Assembly: GCA_001949185.1 (NCBI GenBank)
Contig: BDGG01000001.1
Location: 6,733,591 to 6,797,590 of the forward strand
Direction: 5' to 3'
Origin: Ramazzottius varieornatus
Taxonomy: Eukaryota; Animalia; Tardigrada
Length of the DNA: 64,000 bases
Shown here: piece by piece, positions 61,301 through 64,000 of the stretch
How the letters are laid out: each line of letters begins with the position of its first letter
Numbering within the stretch: position 1 is the first letter of the stretch
The notes under the pieces: model-generated
The model's database searches: none
Told to the model about the DNA's origin: nothing
Seen by the model: only the letters and a program-made list of their open reading frames with translations
Translations under genes and position numbers: made by a program

Positions 61301-62136
61301 AACTGTCGCGTTATCCAGAATTCGTTTTTCGTTTTGCTTGAGGTTCTGCGGTAGCTTCGCTGGGTATAGTTAGCATGGACAAAGTAGCATGGATCTACGC
61401 TCAGAACAAGAGCTGCGATTTTTCCCGCAGGTTCTCCGGTAAAATGGTCGACAGTTTTGGTCCATTTGCCAATTTAGCTTAGCATCCGTGCAATACTTTC
61501 TGATTTTTCATGGCACCCCGGATAGTCTCTTGCTTGTTGAAACCAAACAGGGGCTTGGTACTCGAACACTGAATTTTAGAGACGACGTTTCGATCAGGAA
61601 CAGAGGTCTCCCCCACCGGACACATACTGATCAACTTTTTTCCAAACTATTTCTTTACTTATGCGAATGTGGTTTGTCTCAGTCGAAAGAGCTTGAATAG
61701 TTGTACACGCAAGACGAGAAATTATGTTACAGTAAAAATTATGGGACAGGCGGAAAGGACGGCGAAATGGAAGTTCGACCGTAGAAAAGTATCGAAAAAT
61801 GTATTACTGTGAATCGGTCGCGTACGTACGTGCTCCCGTACCGCCGTAGCGAAAAGACCTGTACCACGTTTTTTACTGTACCGTAATTTCTCGTCCTGCG
61901 TGTACAGTATATGAAATACGAGGGAACGGATGAAAAAGACTCAAATCGGATTTTTGAAGCGCGTCGTTTCATCTGGTAGCAAGTTGGCCCGAACGGACTG
62001 TATCAATCGTCGTCAAGACGGAATTTGCCTACGATGTACTCCCTAGAGTTACATTGTTGCATGTGTGGCGAATGACGTGATTTAGCGCAGCAAGTGGTGG
62101 GTGAGGCTGTGCAAGGACGGAAAATGTGAGGCACGT

Positions 62137-63951
62137 TTACAAAAATTCGGGAAGGAATGCCGCTCGCCGGTCAAACTTATCCAAATCAAACAGTTCAAAA
62201 CTACCAATGTCTCCGCCCTTCGCAACGTAAGACCGCAGCATCGGACCGAGAAAATCCCTTTGTGGTCGACTTCTTTCTTGCTGTCGCTCACGCAATGGCA
62301 AAGACTGCACAGGGTCAGGGAAACTGAAGGTCGGTTCGCCGTCGGCCAGATACCCAAAACCGGGATGAGGTCGCGTTAGTTTCTTGGTGGAACCTTCCGG
62401 ACCAAATCTGTCCCCTCTGCCAGCAGCGCCATCTATCGCCGTGAACGACGGGAAAGTTCCTCGATCGATATGTTGAGCTGTGTGGGAGGCCTGCGGTGTC
62501 TGGCCTTCTGCTGGGAAACCTCTCAGCTCGTTCACAGGTGACGCGTTGGGTATATCCGCGTTTTTGAAGGTGGGTTCACGGCCAAATTTCCTGGGGTTGG
62601 GAACATTTGGGACATTCTCGAACTGCCTGGAATTCTGGACCCTTTCGAAGGGCGGCTCTCGATAATCCCGACGGTGTCCGGTTCCGCCGAATGGAAGTTC
62701 GAAGGTGATATCAATAGCTTCTTCGCTGTTATCGAATGGGCGTGGTCGAGAAGGTGCGAACGATGCGGTACTGAGGCCTGAGCGAGAAGCAGAATATCCA
62801 CCATAGGGGAATTTCCGGTACTCCTCCGCGTTGTACGGAATGGTGCTTTTGCTGTGGTACACGGCAAAGGCGTCTTGATTGACTGAACCAGACGCCATCA
62901 TTGGGTCCTCCACGATGGCCGGTATCCGGACTTTGTACGGGCTCGAGGTTGCTGGATGATAGGCCGCGATGACATCATCGTACGTGAAGGACTTTTTTGG
63001 CCCACTGCTGTGCTTGTACGGCTTCGGTTGTTTGTAGTACGTCGGGTCATAAACCATCTCCGGTGGATGGTAGGGACTGCCGACAGAGTAGTCGACAGGG
63101 AAGTGTCGGGACGGAGAAGTATTGTAAAGGAGATCGGGTTTACGAGGTGGAAAGAAGGAAGCGTTGGCGGGGTCGAGGGAACTCCACGGTTCCTCACTAA
63201 ATAGTGTAGAGGGCGCTTTCTCAAGCTTACGATGAAAATTGTCGGTAGACCTTGGTTTGCCATCTGTAAAGGCGCCGAAAGATATTGGATTGTCGCATTT
63301 GTATGTACGTTTCGGGCCTCGAAGAGAGGAATGTAAATGCTTACAGTAATACAAGTCGTACATCCACTGTTTCGGAGAAGGTGAATCGCCAGTCATGGTC
63401 GCATCCTCCAAACGGTGAGCTTTGGTCCTTCGGCGTGGCTCGGGTTGGTCGTGCGGGAGTGGTAATTCTGGGAGGAAGACAGGCGAGTTGGGTGTATCAG
63501 CGTAAGTCGATCCGACACGTGTAACATTCTTTCCAGCGAACTGGCTGGGCAGTGGTTTTTCGATGTGCTCCGTGCTAAAGTCCGCAGAGTGGGAAACTTT
63601 GGGAACCTTGACAATATCCATCGGCATGTGTTTTTGTTGTCTGACCGGAGACTTCGGTGGAGGGAAGATGGAAGTTTGAGGAGCATGTGGAGGATAGTCG
63701 GACATACCGGTGTAAGAAAGGGCAGGTGAGACTTCCAGATTGCCCGATGTCAAGTCGGCTCGGAATACCTGCATGTCCCCCAGACTGACGGTGAGCGCGG
63801 TTGGAGCAGTATCGTTATGCCGCGAGATGGGCGACACGGCGGCAAATCCTGTAGCTGGGGCTTTGGGTGTGGAGGACCTCATGCTATACACGTATACGTG
63901 CCGGATTGAGACTAAGATAATCATGAAGGAGCATATCCAAGACTGAGCCAT
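62137..63951 (-). CDS. Uncharacterised 604-aa Pro/Ser-rich, probably secreted and disordered protein
   Basis: 1.8-kb uninterrupted ORF with a hydrophobic N-terminus (WICSFMIILVSI) and P/S/T/Y-rich composition. An AG just before the ATG suggests an upstream 5'UTR exon. Confidence 0.75.
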   Translation of the reverse strand: MAQSWICSFMIILVSIRHVYVYSMRSSTPKAPATGFAAVSPISRHNDTAPTALTVSLGDMQVFRADLTSGNLEVSPALSYTGMSDYPPHAPQTSIFPPPKSPVRQQKHMPMDIVKVPKVSHSADFSTEHIEKPLPSQFAGKNVTRVGSTYADTPNSPVFLPELPLPHDQPEPRRRTKAHRLEDATMTGDSPSPKQWMYDLYYCKHLHSSLRGPKRTYKCDNPISFGAFTDGKPRSTDNFHRKLEKAPSTLFSEEPWSSLDPANASFFPPRKPDLLYNTSPSRHFPVDYSVGSPYHPPEMVYDPTYYKQPKPYKHSSGPKKSFTYDDVIAAYHPATSSPYKVRIPAIVEDPMMASGSVNQDAFAVYHSKSTIPYNAEEYRKFPYGGYSASRSGLSTASFAPSRPRPFDNSEEAIDITFELPFGGTGHRRDYREPPFERVQNSRQFENVPNVPNPRKFGREPTFKNADIPNASPVNELRGFPAEGQTPQASHTAQHIDRGTFPSFTAIDGAAGRGDRFGPEGSTKKLTRPHPGFGYLADGEPTFSFPDPVQSLPLRERQQERSRPQRDFLGPMLRSYVAKGGDIGSFELFDLDKFDRRAAFLPEFL

Positions 63952-64000
63952 ACCTATCCCAGGTAAAATTGCAGTCTAGAGTTTAGACTGTGGAGGCTAT

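Noticed and set aside
1-64000. tRNA/rRNA genes, prokaryotic operons or horizontally acquired bacterial genes
   Set aside because: None recognised; the identified genes have spliceosomal introns or metazoan character.

Overview
Eukaryotic, intron-rich DNA, almost certainly from the anhydrobiotic tardigrade Ramazzottius varieornatus: two spliced genes translate to the SAHS1 and SAHS2 proteins as I recall them. All gene models were assembled by hand. Bases 1-31 kb hold the 3' part of a chromodomain gene and a co-oriented (- strand) array of nine SAHS genes (secretory abundant heat-soluble, FABP-like), with a nicotinamide riboside kinase gene inside the array. The array is heavily invaded by DNA transposons. 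An 8.9-kb block bounded by apparently identical ~500-bp inverted repeats contains a pogo/Tc2 relic and a 4.9-kb TIR+TSD element. That element carries two convergent spliced genes, one encoding a Tudor-knot/chromo-barrel domain, and has an intron-containing Tigger-like transposase relic in its middle. Elsewhere in the array are a degenerate PIF/Harbinger element and several MITEs. Three SAHS paralogues have a damaged signal-peptide exon junction; in two of them the intron-1 acceptor was lost by different mutations while an in-frame AG sits 27 nt downstream. Bases 31-64 kb hold a neuropeptide-precursor-like ORF, a non-alpha nicotinic acetylcholine receptor subunit with a 9-nt microexon, the ~17.7-kb unc-80 gene, and a 604-aa Pro/Ser-rich, probably secreted ORF of unknown function.
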